A stretch of DNA of 64,000 nt from Glycera tridactyla (Eukaryota): the NCBI GenBank assembly GCA_965644265.1, contig OZ286465.1, positions 14,942,001 through 15,006,000 of the forward strand, read 5' to 3'. This document shows positions 23,701-38,162 of the stretch, piece by piece. Each line of letters opens with the position of its first letter. Position 1 is the stretch's first letter. Under the pieces are notes generated by a model that did no database searches, was not told the origin of the DNA, and worked only from the letters and a program-made list of their open reading frames with translations. The translations under genes and the position numbers were made by a program.

Positions 23701-26700
23701 CATTTGATTTTAAAGGGAGTCTCTTGTCACAGGTTTGACTCTAATCTATGGATAGAGGATGGTTCATCTTGCCTCCACCTGTCACTTGAGTCAGATGAGC
23801 AGATTCCACCGGGACATGGTGTTTTTATTTGCTCATCACCTAGCAACCGTCAATATCTGTAAACAGTATCATTGATCTGGATCAAGCCCATGTGTACGAC
23901 TACTCCTAAATGGATTCACAACCTGTTCAATACCGGCTCGTGTTTTGACCTTCCCCATTGATATTTCATCGACTCACTGTCTGTATGTGTGAAAATTGCA
24001 TTAAATCAATGTATGTGGTGCCCTGGAGTTGAATATGCATGTGAACTTCATCGAGATATGTCTCCCATGCTGCCGCCAGGATTGAGGATGCTCAGCAAAG
24101 TTGTTATATACATGTAATTATGAATCATTGTATGGTGATGGAATTCTATTTTGTAAAAGAGCGGAGTCTCAGTGCAAGGGCCTCCCTAGCTGCAAAAGGG
24201 AATCTCTACTATTGATTGGAGTCCTTTCTTTAGCTTAGACAATAATCAAAATGTGTCAATGTTTCTTGATGGCCTATTTGCGTAAAGGGAGTGATCGAGA
24301 AGATCCCAAATTTTAGGTGTCAAATAATCAAAAGCATGGGGTTCTGGTTGTGAGGGGGCAATCACAACACTGCATCTGACGCTAATGTCATCACCTCCAC
24401 CCTTTCAAGAAACCACATAATACTGGTACTTCATATTTAAATTTTTTACCCATCTCATGGTGTGAAACAAGGTTCTATGCTAAGGCTCAACCTTCTGGCC
24501 CAAACAGGTAGATTGATCAGTTCTGGACATGTCCATATGTATTTTTCAGTCTATATTCACATGGTGGAGGGCAGGTGAAAATATTGAGTGGGGCAGAAAC
24601 AATTCCACCTCACCTGCCCAAAGGGAAGAGCTGATGTAGAAAGTTGAAGGAGAGCCCTTTGAAATGATGTCCTCTGTTCAGAAATTGTATGTTCCAATGA
24701 TTTACTGTATATTGGGTACAGTGAAACCTGCGACGAGAGACCCCTCGACAAGAGATCACCTCTGACACGGGAAACATTTTGGTGACATTCAGAGCGGACT
24801 CTGGTCGGAGATTTTGTTGTATATAAGCATGGAAAGTTTCATTTACAGAGCTAATTTTCTTTTGTTCATTGCATTGATGCATCCCACAGCTGCTGCTTGG
24901 CTGAGCAAATTATCTGATATGAATTATGTTTGACTCCACCGCATGAACCCAAGTTTTGCCTATTTTATAGCAATATTAGCGATTAACTTAGTTTTTATGT
25001 ACTGATGAACTCCTCTCCACTCTTCTGTACTGCTTCCCGCGCTTGCTTCCTCCACTAACACTGGCGTTACTTCGTAGGACGACGATAACGAAAATAATCC
25101 CGCTCCCCCACAAGGTCATGGTCAGCCAAGTCCCGGAGAGTCGGCCAATACAGCGACGGAGGTACGGTGATGGTGAAGTATGACGTAGGTTGTAGAGGCA
25201 CTCTAATCTCCCGCTTGCTATCATAGTAGATGATAACGCACTGCTCTGTTCTGTTCAATTAAAGTAGTATTGTATGAAGTGATATGTCATATTAATATTT
25301 GATAATTTGTACTCTTCTTTGTTTTTGTGTTTGTGGAGAGTAATGATACTTTTCTTTTGTTCATTAGCATCATGTGACTTCTCACAATTAAATCACTATT
25401 TCTATGTATTGTTGGATGTAGGGTTTTGAGAAATATCCCGATGAACTGAATGTCCAGTGAAAATCATAGGATATGGGAGATCTCTGTATTCCTCTGATCC
25501 AATTTCTGTTTTTGGCTCACAGGCTTTCTTGATGTCGTAAACATGATACAAAACCTCAATTTGTCCTTTAAAAATGGCATCTTTGCATTTCCTGAAGATT
25601 TAGGCTATTGATGATGAATGGGCTTCGTTTTTATACCCTGCTCTTGAGAATAGTTTCACCTCTGGCTTCAGTAAGAACATATGTACGTACCTGCAAATAT
25701 TGCAAGCCACAAATAATTGAACATTCCAGACGTTGATGATAACGATACTAAGAACTTCTTTGTCTGAGCCAGCTTGTCTTGTATCATAGTGCTGGGACCA
25801 GCTGAGAACATTCACTATCAAATACTGGTCACAATCTTGGGTACAGCCAGTGTCCACATGTGTATATGGTGCAGTATAGGCATTCTGATCACTGTCACCA
25901 TGCCTTTATTTAACTATCACAGACTTATTGATTCTCAGAGAAGAGCGGATGGATAATTTCAAAAACATTGTGCCAATTGAGACAAGTATTTTGTGTTATT
26001 GTTTGGTTTGGATTGTTTTTAGTCCAAATGTTGCTTGCTTATAGAATTACATCCTGTCTTTTCTTAGGCTAACTTATCGCCTCTTCATGTTTGAAGTTTT
26101 GAATACCTGCAGGCTTGTGAGGCTAACGCTGGATAACAAATTACTTTTAGATTACAATTTTCCCCTGATTTGCTGTATTTTCTCTCACTACATGGAGAAC
26201 AGATATACCAGGGATTTCATGAAGTCTTCAAACTTTAAAATCTTGATGTAATTTTCAATGGATATTATATATATTTGCCAGTGCAAGGTTTGATGTGATA
26301 TCTGTCCACCATGCATCAGAGTTAGCAGAGATGTGGGGGATGTGGGCCAATTGACACATCAATGGCCACCTTGGCCCCATTTTGTCTTCAGCAGAGAACC
26401 AAGATCCCCATACATATTTCCAGTTGCCTTGTCTTTCACTTCATTGGCCTCTTTTGAAAAACAAGATGTATGTCTGGCTCACTACCCACTCAAATGAGCA
26501 GACTCTTCATCCTTCAACAAAATTGTGGGTTTTTTTAGAAGCAGGACATTGAATCTTTGAAAGGGCAGGGGCGAATCTTGACTATCTATAGTTGTGAGAA
26601 TGCTCAAAGACAGTCTGGTAGGACAGATGTTTCCTTCAGGGTCTATCACACCCCAGCCACGGCACACAGCAATAGAATGATTGATGGAGGTGGGGTGAAG

Positions 26701-29700
26701 AGGAAGGTCTGCTTAATTAGGTACTTACTACATAGTTGTTTGATTTGCTGTCCAGATTGATTCAGGAACGAGGAACACATTGTCCATTAGTCACACTGTG
26801 TACCACTCATGATAAAGGAACACATTGTCCATTGGTCACACTGTGTACCACTCACGATATAGAAACACATTGTCCATTGGTCACACTGTACCACTCACGA
26901 TATAGAAACACATTGTCCATTGGTCACACTGTGTACCACTCACGATATAGAAACACATTGTCCATTGGTCACACTGTGTACCACTCACAATATAGAAATA
27001 CATTGTCCATTGGTCACACTGTGTACCACTCACGATATAGAAACACATCGTCCATTGGTCACACTGTGTACCACTCACGATATAGAAACACATCGTCCAT
27101 TGGTCACACTGTGTACCACTCACGATATAGAAACACATCGTCCATTGGTCACACTGTGTACCACTCACGATATAGAAACGCATTGTCCATTGGTCACACT
27201 GTGTACCACTCACGATATAGAAACGCATCGTCCATTGGTCACACTGTGTACCACTCACGATATAGAAACGCATCGTCCATTGGTCACACTGTGTACCACT
27301 CACGATATAGAAACACATCATCCATTGGTCAAACTGTGTACCACTCACGATATAGAAACACATTGTCCATTGGTCACACTGTGTACCACTCACGATATAG
27401 AAAAACATTGTCCATTGGTCACACTGTGTACCACTCACGATATAGAAACACATCGTCCATTGGTCACACTGTGTACCACTCACGATATAGAAACACATCG
27501 TCCATTGGTCACACTGTGTACCACTCACGATATATCATTATTGGCCATATTTGATGCTGCATAAAAGTTACAGCCTATGGTACTTCAAGTCTTTGTCACT
27601 GGCTGGAAATATGCCTTGACAAGTTCCAGCTGTGAGTCTGAATTGACACCTACTTCACTGAACAGAACTTGGTATCAAGGGTTTGTTGTGTCCGTGGCAC
27701 ATGAACGAGCTGATGACATGTGTGCTATTTGAATTTGCCTTTGATAGCATTGCCCCTTTCATTGTGGTTTGGGATCTGTGAGTGGTGCTTGTAGCTTGCA
27801 AGTTAGGCTGTAGGGCTAGAACACATGATGTACAGGTACAGTAAAACCTGCTATAGTGAAATCCTGTCTACAGTCAAAAGAAAAATCTGGCCCGAACTTT
27901 TTTTTTCACTATAATTGACCTGTATATAGTGAAATCCTGTCTACAGTGAAAAGAAAAATCTGGCCCGAACTTTTTTTTTCACTATAATTGACCTGTATAT
28001 AGTGAAATCCTGTCTACAGTGAAAAGAAAAATCTGGCCCGTGACTTTTCACTATAGACAGGTTTCACTGTACTTGATGTCTTTGCTTAGGATGTCCTCGC
28101 TTACTGGTCTACCAGCCAAACTACCAGCCAATGAATGTTACAATTGTGAACATGGATCCTATTGTAGGAGTATATTGAAAAGAAGCGTCAGTGGCAGGCC
28201 CAGCAAGCAAAGCAACAACAGATGCTTCTGCAGCAACAACAACAACAACAACAACACAGTACTAGTCCAGCCCCTGCCGCCATACGCAGCTCATTTGTTG
28301 TTGGGGTAAGTACAGTCGAACCTGTCGATAAAGACCGCCTTCTGTCGCATCAAAAAGTGGTCTTTATAGGCAGGTGGTCTTTATAGAGAGGTGGTCTTTA
28401 GTGCAGGTTCGACTGTAGATTGGCTGTGAAATGATCTTTAGAAGTCTGTCATCACCTGCAGCGTTGTGTATTGATGGGCACCTGGTCAACATGTGCAACT
28501 GGAACTTTGGTGAAGTAATTGCAGGCTGTTCTATTAGGTGCCCTGATCATTCTGCCGCTCCAAACTTTGGTGAAGTAATTGCAGGCTGTTCTATTAGGTG
28601 CCCTGATCATTCTGCCGCTCCAAACTTTGGTGAAGTAATTGCAGGCTGTTCTATTAGGTGCCATGATCATTCTGCCGCTCCAAACTTTAGTGAAGTAATT
28701 GCAGGCTGTTCTATTAGGTGCCATGATCATTCTGCCGCTCCAAACTTTAGTGAAGTAATTGCAGGCTGTTCTATTAGGTGCCATGATCATTCTGCCGCTC
28801 CAAATGCCCGGACCTCATCTACTTTATTGATATTCCGTTGCTCTGCCAACACCAGTCAGAAGTCAGGCATGGGTCTTGAGCGGAACCTCTATTTTTGATG
28901 TTCTTCACCAAACTGGCTAGAGCATGCATCTGCATGTTCAGGCAAACCAAGAGTGATCTTTGTAGACGAGTTAGACTCATCCGCTATATGTGTGATCAAA
29001 ACCAGAATGTAAGTGATCAGTGGATCAGACAGTATTTCAGTATTCTTCAAAGTGTATTTCCCAAATTTCAAGCAATTCTTGGTTTTAGAGTTTCCTTTTA
29101 ATTCAGTGGTCAATCAGAAATGTCTACATCTTAAGATACTTGAGTTGCTCCCATCATTGTGTTTGTACAGTAAAACCTGTCTTGAGAGACGCCTCTTTTG
29201 GGAGACCACCACTTTTTATTGTCACTTTTCTATTTGACATAGTCAAACATACCTCCAATGAGGGACCACCTGTGTTGAGAGACCACTTTTCATTGGCATT
29301 ATGGGCGGTCTCCCAAGACAGGTTTTACTGTATCAAGCTGTGACAGAAATTTCTGAAAATGTAATGACCTCTGGAAATCCATGTTTAACTGGTGAGTTTG
29401 AATATTGTTGAATATCATACTATATGCTTTGATGTGCAATTACTGAAATACTTTATATTAGGATAGTTTCAGGGAATTTCATCACTTTCAGTCTGGATGT
29501 GGCACCTAGATGTGGCGAATAAATGGATGTACTGTGCATGTCATCCTGGTTGGTCACCTTCATTGCCTCGTATCTTCATTGTGTCAAAAGAGTTTTCTAT
29601 TCTCTTATGTTTGCAGAATAGTGCACCTGATGAGAACAAGTTTGAGGATGCCAAGCAGCAGCAGAAGAGACTCTGGCTGGAAGACCTAGGTACGCACTCA

Positions 29701-32700
29701 CGAGCACATTTCATTGCATATGAGCACCTGGGTGCAGTCAACATTGGCAGTTAGGAACTGTGAGAAGAAGCCAATGGTTTCAGAGGAAATATCTTGTCAT
29801 AGCAGGTTCAAATTTCAAATTGGCATATATTGGTCGCAAGCATATCCACACGCAGAATGGGAATATTGCCCACTCCTCCATCCAATGTATAAACTCAACT
29901 CTCACAGGCTAATCTGACCGATAAGGTCAGTAAATTTCAGAATAAACTGGTCATCCTTGTATGGTATCCATTCGATCCTAGTTGTTTGTTTAGCATCTCT
30001 AATTCAAGAGATCTCCAACTTTACAAATCACCCGTCCTGGCATACTGGAATTTCCGCCTGCCCTACCCAACATTTCTACTTGCCCTCTTCCAGAGAATGA
30101 TTGAGTGAATCCTGGTACTAGCACAGTCTATTAGGCAGGTACACTGATCAGTCTGTCTGCCTCTTAGTGCCTGTGGGGCCCGCCTTAGTTTAAAGTCCTG
30201 GATATTACTGAAGCAAATAGAGCAATTGACACAGCTGGTCTTTATCTGTCATGATGTTTACCTTGCAGAAAGGCAGAAGGAGGAGAAGCGCTTGCAGAAG
30301 CAGCGTGAGCGTGACGAGAGGTTGAAGGAGGAGTTACACGACACGTGGGCAGACCGCTTCAAGGTGTATCAGCCAGCGCAGGTGCCGGTTCAGCAGCTGA
30401 GGCAGCCAGCCACCGCCGAGGATACCTTACCCATTGTACAGAAGGTGGAGACAGACACACGCACCATCAGCGCCCCCGCTGGCGACACCACTCCTGATGC
30501 CCATGCAGCGTGAGTTCACCAACTGGATATTTCATCAATTGGCTCTGGAGAATTTGTGCTGATTTTTCCCAAATTCTCAGGGCGTGATGAGATGGCCTCC
30601 AACCTGCCCCGTGCTGGTAGATTTCCAAGATTGGGAGGTTGATTTTGAAAAAAAAACCTGCCCGAGGGACAGGTGGAAAATGATAAATGCAATGAATATG
30701 TAACGAGGGTATGGTAAGTATTGAAAGCAGCAGCAGATAGATCTGAAATGTATCGGCCCAAAGGGGGGCAGGTGGACATTTTATTGTTGAACTTCCTTTT
30801 CAATTCTTTACAATCTGTTCTCTGCACATTTGTCACAGTGCCTTTTATATGCATATTCTCGCTTTGGACATCAAGTTGCAAGAGGTGGCAGTGGGAAAAT
30901 ATTTGCTTTTTCATGTACTTTTCCCACCTGGTTGTGTTTGTTAGAATGTCAACAATGCTTGTCAATGATATCATGGCAAATGGATGTTCTGTTTGCTAGT
31001 CTAATCTGATTTTTTGTTCAAAATTGGCATGGCACTGCCAAGAGCTGTTCATACTAGTGTCCCTAGTAGGCTAGTGATCTTTGTAGAGAGGTGGCCTTTG
31101 TGGTTATCCATCCAGCATGAAAAAACATTTTGAGAATAATTTTACAAAACGTAAACAATTTTGGAAGTTCAGAAAGCAGCTTGTAGACAACCAGAAAGCA
31201 CTTCATCAAATCCAATACAAAAATATAAAAGATGGTGACGTCCTCATGCCAAATCAGTTTCTCTCGCATTTTTCCACCCAAATTGTACCATCAGGAATGA
31301 ATTTCTTTCCGCAAATTGAATTTGGTTTAGCATTAGCCTTCTCTAATTTGCTAAAATGTTGAAGTATATCAGCAACCTTGCCTTAGAACATTTTCCTTTT
31401 CAGAAGTTCATCATTTGACTGTGTTTTATTTTCTTTATTTACATGTTCCAGCTCATTTCAGAGAGGGGTTCACATGTTTGTTGACTCAAAAACGCAACAA
31501 GAACTTGAAGAGAAGCGACGCAAGCATTTGGAACATCAGGTGAGAAAGAAGAGAGAATATATCACCTCTGCCTATTCTGTCAAATGTGACCCATTGCTTC
31601 TGTGTATAGGCAAGAGTGTTGAACCAATAATCCAGTGGTATTCCAGTTTTATTTTGTAATTTTTTTGGGTGAAAACACATTTTCTTTAGGAAATCTTTGT
31701 TGGGTGAGGTAACTGAGTAACTTTGGTGCCTACCACCACATGATCTTATTCACACATGCTCTGTTGTATTTGGGAGGGTGTTTGATCATCCATGCACCAG
31801 TAGCTAAGATTTGAGTAGGGATTTTCAGGTAAGATTGCTTCTTTTTGAGAAAATTGATTCAACAATTTGTTGAAGTCATGCTACTCTGCAAGCATGGCCC
31901 CCACCTTCCCCAGATTTCATACACACATGCTCCAGTGTATTATGAAGGGCAGCCACCCAACCATTCAGCAGCATCTCACTTTTGCATTAATGATTTTTCG
32001 GTAAAAATGTAATCTTTCATCTCAACCCTTATATGCTTCATGGCATGTGAATGTATGCACCCATCTTAGTGATTAGGGATTGATACCTTATGCGTATTTT
32101 CATTCCCTGCGATTTTATCCATCCTATTAGAGCCAGTCCGTGACAAATTTGAGATTTTGCATCAGAACTTCACTTTTTTCAAATGACTGCACTCTGACAT
32201 TTCTCTTAAGTATTCAGTACTCAGTCAAACGAATCCCAGGTACAAATGTGGTCTGTATAGATCTCATAGTATCTTGGCACTGTCCTGAATTGGTAGGAAG
32301 CCGTTCGAGCACAGGTTGAGGAGAAGGAACGACTGAAACGTGAGGCGCGTGATAAACAGAGGGCAGAGGAGCTGGAAGAAGAGAGGAAACTACAGGTGGA
32401 ACGTGATAAACTTCAGAAACAATTTGAGACGGAGCAGCACAAGTTGAAACAGAAAGAGGTGAGGATTGGAATGTGCACAGGTTACATTCTGGGGGTTGAA
32501 GCATTTCACATTCTGTCAGGTGTGAGCCCCTCTCGTAGAACATCTTGAGGCACAATGCCCTTGATCCAATGAGAGGATTGCACTTGTACTCTATTGACTG
32601 AACCCTGCTTTCGAGGTATTTGTGGAGGAATTCTTTCATCTGATCTGACCACGCAAATATACTTTTGCTTGCTGTATATGTTTTATCGCCTGTTCAAATA

Positions 32701-35700
32701 TTGAGTTTCTTATGTCTAGGTCTATATTGATGATGATATCGATCTGTCAATCACCTGGGCTTATCTTAAATTGATCCTTGATATCAAAAAGCCAGCCCGT
32801 TCTTTTCAAAGAGTGCTTGCGGATTCATGAAATGCTCATATTTTTTAGAATTCCTGTCGAAACCATGTTTGCAGGATTTGCAGAAGAGACGAGCTGATCT
32901 GCTGCAGGAGGCGCGGGATCGAGCGCGAGAGGAAGCGGAGCGTGACAAGCATCACCAGCGAATGTTGAAACTGAGGCAGGGCGGCCATGACATCTCACAT
33001 TTGCAGGCCAGCTTTGAAGGTAGGCAGCTCACAGTAGACATCAGAGATACTTGAATGTATACTCACACCATCTCTTACTAGACTAGTCCTTCAGTTCATA
33101 TAGTTTTAGAGTTATTTTTTTTTCTTGAAGATTCTTCAGGATTTACAGCCTAGATCCCTAGAAATGATTCAAACTCCCAGTGCTTCTCTTTCCCAATTAG
33201 GGTATCCAAAATATATATCACACTGATGGATGGAAATTCCAAACTCAGTTGGATCTTGTGTCATTATGAAAGATGTAAGAAAGAAGTTATCCATGTCAGG
33301 AATTGAGAATACCCTGTGCCCATCATTTTGATAGAAACCTCTTTTTTTCTGAAAAAAAAATATGGAAATTGTATGGTATTTGATTGATGATAATGGCAAA
33401 AAACCTTGATAATCTGCATATTAATTTTGGGTGCTATCTGGCATCTGCTCTGCCTTTATTCTCGACATTACTAAATGAGTGTGACTTAATGTAAACTGTC
33501 TCCAGGTGGCCTTATTCTCAGGGATATGTGAACTGTTTCTTGGGTGAAAAGGCATATCATTTTGGGACAGTGCAAATTGTCATGGTGTGACCCCCCCCCC
33601 CCCCAAAAAAAAAAAAACTTATGCAAGTCACATGCAAGACAGCAGACTTTGATGAGAAAACATGGTATAGGCTATATGTAATGTGGCACATGGGAACTGC
33701 ATCAATGTGACCATAAGACCCACACAGCTTCAATTATTTGAAAAAAATCTTGGGTTCTGCTCAATATCTTCTCCTACAGCATGTGAGGACTCCTGTCTCG
33801 TCTTTTCTGTGTTGAATGCGTGTGGATTCTGAGCAGAAGTGAGATTGTTGACATTTTCAAGTTGGGTGTCAGCCACATGTGCTGGAAGAAGATAATGGAA
33901 GTAGCTGGCTTTCACAATGATACAATGGCTGACTGTCATATGTGCAGTAAAGCTTCCATCATGCTCCCCATCTCTGAGAATCTACCCATGGTCATTTACA
34001 ACGCATGTCATTCTTGCCTCTGCATTCTCCATTTCTGCCTATCATCCATGTTTTGTCCTATTGACCACTGGTGTCAAGCATCTGAAATCTGTCCCAGTCA
34101 TGGGCAGTGGGTTTTTTCATGTGACAAATCTTCCTGTGATAAATTTTACATTGACTGTCCAGTTTCTGTTAACAACAACTAATTATATCTATGTCAATTT
34201 CATTTTTTAGTTCCAACGGGTAATTATTCTGGGACTTTTATTTCTTTGATGTTTTTATCTTGTAACTCAATAACCTGTGAGATGATCTCATTGAAGATGA
34301 TTATGATTGCATGACATATTTGTATGTTTTCTGATAGAGTTATTCTGGCAGAGTTTAGCACTTGTGCTAATCATGGGACAGTTGCCTCAGATCACTATCA
34401 CATGCCATTCTGATTTCTCTCTCTTTCCAGCTGGAGAAATCCTCATATGTTTCTGCTCTGGCTGGAGTTGGTCATGAGGGGCCATTTAGATCCTGGTTGC
34501 AAAATTGATTAGAATTATTCCTCAATTCATAAGTGCCTTCCTAGTTGTTAAGATAAAGTTTTATGGGCTTAGTTTTGGTTTCCACGTTTGAAAGCATAAA
34601 AAGAAACTGCAATAAATGACACTTTAAAATGGTCTAACGGTCTCGTTGATTAAGCCAAAGAGAGGGACTATTTTCAGGGTGGGTTTCATGGAAATTTATT
34701 GCAGACATGTCATGCAATTGGTATTGTTTCTCCGTTCAGGCTAACAATTATTACATTTATGTTTGTTCAACACCATATACATCATGTGGATGGTCAAAAC
34801 TTGTGCAATTCCACACCTGTTTCACTGTTGTTATGAGTGAAATATTTCATGCCGTACTACTTGCTTGACTTACTTTGTGGGGTGCAACTTGTACTAACAG
34901 ACATGGTCGCATGCTGGTGTCTGATCCATGATTGTCATCTGTTTGTGAAAGCTTCTCAGCCATCTGTCTGTGTGTCTGTCTGTGTGTCTGTCTGATATTT
35001 TGTGGCATGTCATTCGAGCTGGATTGGTGATTTTTTGCTGTCAAAATGGTAAGAACAATGAATGGCTTCTTCACTCAGGAGTGGGTTTCATCAATATCTA
35101 CTGCAGTTTAATGTCTATGTTTGACCATTTGTAGACCCCTGCTGTCAAAATACTTATGTCTAGGCTTGAAATACACCAATATCCCCCAGTTTTAAGCAGG
35201 TTAGAGTGTATTTATAGCTGTCTGATGACATTTTATAGGCCTGAAAAAGATCGTTTTTTACCTGTCAAACTCGCGAGTAGTGCCAGTTTATGTGCTGACA
35301 ATCACCTATAAGTTTGTAAACTGCATCCACATGAATCATTTCCCCACAAAACCACCCATTACTTGCAGTTTTGAGCAGAATTGAGCATGATTTTAGCTGT
35401 AATACTGTATTTTCAAGCACTGAAAAATATCGTTTTTACCTGTCAAACTTGGGAGTAGTGAAATGTGAACATGCTAACAATAAACTCTATGTTTATGAAC
35501 TGCTTACAAATGAAATGTTTCCCAACAAAAACACCCATAACTCATAGCTTTGAACAAAAATAAGCATGTTTGTAGGTCCCAGACTCCATTTTCTAGCCCT
35601 GGAAAATACCTGTTTTTCTTGTCAAACTCAATCACAGACAATTTATCTACTTCCTGTTTGTAAAATGCTCACAAAATTATACAGTTTCCTGCAGAACCAT

Positions 35701-38131
35701 AGGCCAATTCAAGTTACTATTGTTTTGCTTTCATTCAAACAGTTATCATGTGAATGAGGACATAGCAACGGGCAGGGAACCTCAGCTCCCCCATCCCATT
35801 CAGAATGATGATTTACTTCCTGTTTGTGAAATGCATTTATGAAGATGCCTGGTTTCTAAGTCATCAAGTGTCATGAAATACATATGTAAGCTGAGAATTA
35901 AAGTAGAAATAAGTGAATTTGTAGCTGTCAGACTCCCATTTCAAGCCCTGGAATGGTAAGGCATGTTTTTACCTGTCGCAAAAATATGTAATGCCTAACT
36001 TCTGGGTCTGCTCCCATTTCAAGCCCTGGAATGGAAAGGCATGTTTTTACCTGTCGCAAAAACATGTAATGCCTAACTTCTGGGTCTGGATGTATTATTT
36101 TCTTTATGTGTAATATTTCCTTTTTCTGATTGCAGACCTTGGCATCTCTCAATTGAAACTCACCGTGAGGTCAACCATCACACATCGGTTGTCGCTGGCG
36201 ATCGCTCCATTCATGTCGGTTGCTGGTTGCTCGTCAGAAGGCATTTTAGAATTATTTGTCATTGGTTTATTTGTTATTCATATCAGACAATCAATAGTGA
36301 AATCTCGTAAGTGAAAAGAAAATTTGTGACTTTTCACTTGAGACAGGTTTTACTGTACAGTGGTGGTAAACAAGCCATTTGTCAGAAGTTCTCATACTGA
36401 TTTGAATGACTTGAGAATACTGTCATTGTGCTTCAGCTCAAATTCTCATATCTTTTCTGATGCTCATCAAGTGATTTTCTGCCAATTCCAAAAATAAATT
36501 GTGATGAAATAGGTCATAATAATCAGAAATATTTTCTTCTCATTTGGTAGCAAGCAAGTAATAATTATCATAATTTGGTAGCCTAGACAGTTTTGATTGC
36601 CATCTTTTGAGCTTCCCGTTATGATGTGGTGGTTTATCCTCTTGATGTTCAATACCATTTTTTTCTGATTGTAGACCTCAGCATGTGATGAAGTCTGAAC
36701 TAAAAGTCACCAGGGGTCTCCTCACACCTCACATTTCACTGTGGCTGATTGAAGAATACATTCTAGAAAAGGCCAGCAAGAGGTGACGACCAGAGATCGC
36801 AAAGTTCAACATCCAAAATATATTCACTAAGGTTGCCCATGTCTTCCAATATTATTGATTAAGTGTATGATGTCCCTTAAGTAATCTCTTAGAAGTCCGC
36901 TAAACCAGAGATGTGTACCAGGTTCTGTACCTTGGATTTAGCCAGGACAAGAAAAATTAAAGATTTCCAATCTAACATTTGCACGGGCAAGAATGATTTC
37001 AAAACTAAGTAAAATTACCGAATCAATTGCCATTTTGTAATATTCCACAATTTTGCATTAATTCTTTCTTTAATACTTGTTTCAGAATCTTGGTAAATGG
37101 CACTTTGGGGAATGCATCCTGAATTTAAATATTTTCTTTTGAGATTTGCCAAATCTTGGCTCAGAAATTTATTGGATCATCCAACCAGTCAGAATCTCAT
37201 GAGCCAAAACCGAGATGTTCTAGCCCCAAAAAAGTCAGATCTAGATGCAGGATTAAATCTTGTTATATGCCCAAATGAAAATGTAAACAACTACCATACT
37301 TCCTTGATAATTTTCATCCGTCTGCCCGTCGGGCAGACCACCTTTGCAGAACCTGTATCCCATGAAGTGCCTTGATTTGAAGATGTGCACTGGCAAATTT
37401 ATCCTAGGTCTGGGCATGCAATCTAGAAAAGTTTGCCCCGAATNNNNNNNNNNNNNNNNNNNNNNNNNNNNNNNNNNNNNNNNNNNNNNNNNNNNNNNNN
37501 NNNNNNNNNNNNNNNNNNNNNNNNNNNNNNNNNNNNNNNNNNNNNNNNNNNNNNNNNNNNNNNNNNNNNNNNNNNNNNNNNNNNNNNNNNNNNNNNNNNN
37601 NNNNNNNNNNNNNNNNCAGCATTTGTCAAATGACCTAGCCCAATTTGTTTTTCTTATGGGGATGAAGCCCATAACCTATAATTGATAGTTATGCCAATGA
37701 GATGAAGCTGAATTTTCAGAAATATGGAAGCATTTCCTGAAACTATCAGCACATCATCAAAACTATTTGTTTTGAAGCCCTCAATCAAATTTTAGCAATT
37801 TCTGAAAATTATTATTTTTCCTCCAATTTTTGGAAAATTGGAGCCACTGAATTGAGGCTCTCACCAACAGCAACACATTGCCACCATCCTTGGCCGTATA
37901 AAGCCAGGGCTTCAGATTTTCTGACAGGTCAATGGGCCCATATGACCCATGAATTAGAAATGCCCTGGGCCATCTACTACATAGTGATGGTTAAAAGGGA
38001 TAAAAAAGCTGGACCAGTGGACCCATAACAGGTGATATCAATCGGCCAAGAAGGCAAAAATTTGGGCCTCAGGCCTGGGCCCACCAGCAATCTAGAAAAA
38101 TTTGCCCCGAATATTTCATCAGGGTTTGCAT

Positions 38132-38162
<31 letters not shown>

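Noticed and set aside
26736-27564. 15-aa repeat ORFs on both strands (THCPLVTLCTTHDIE etc.)
   Set aside because: 45-bp minisatellite in an intron with no splice support.
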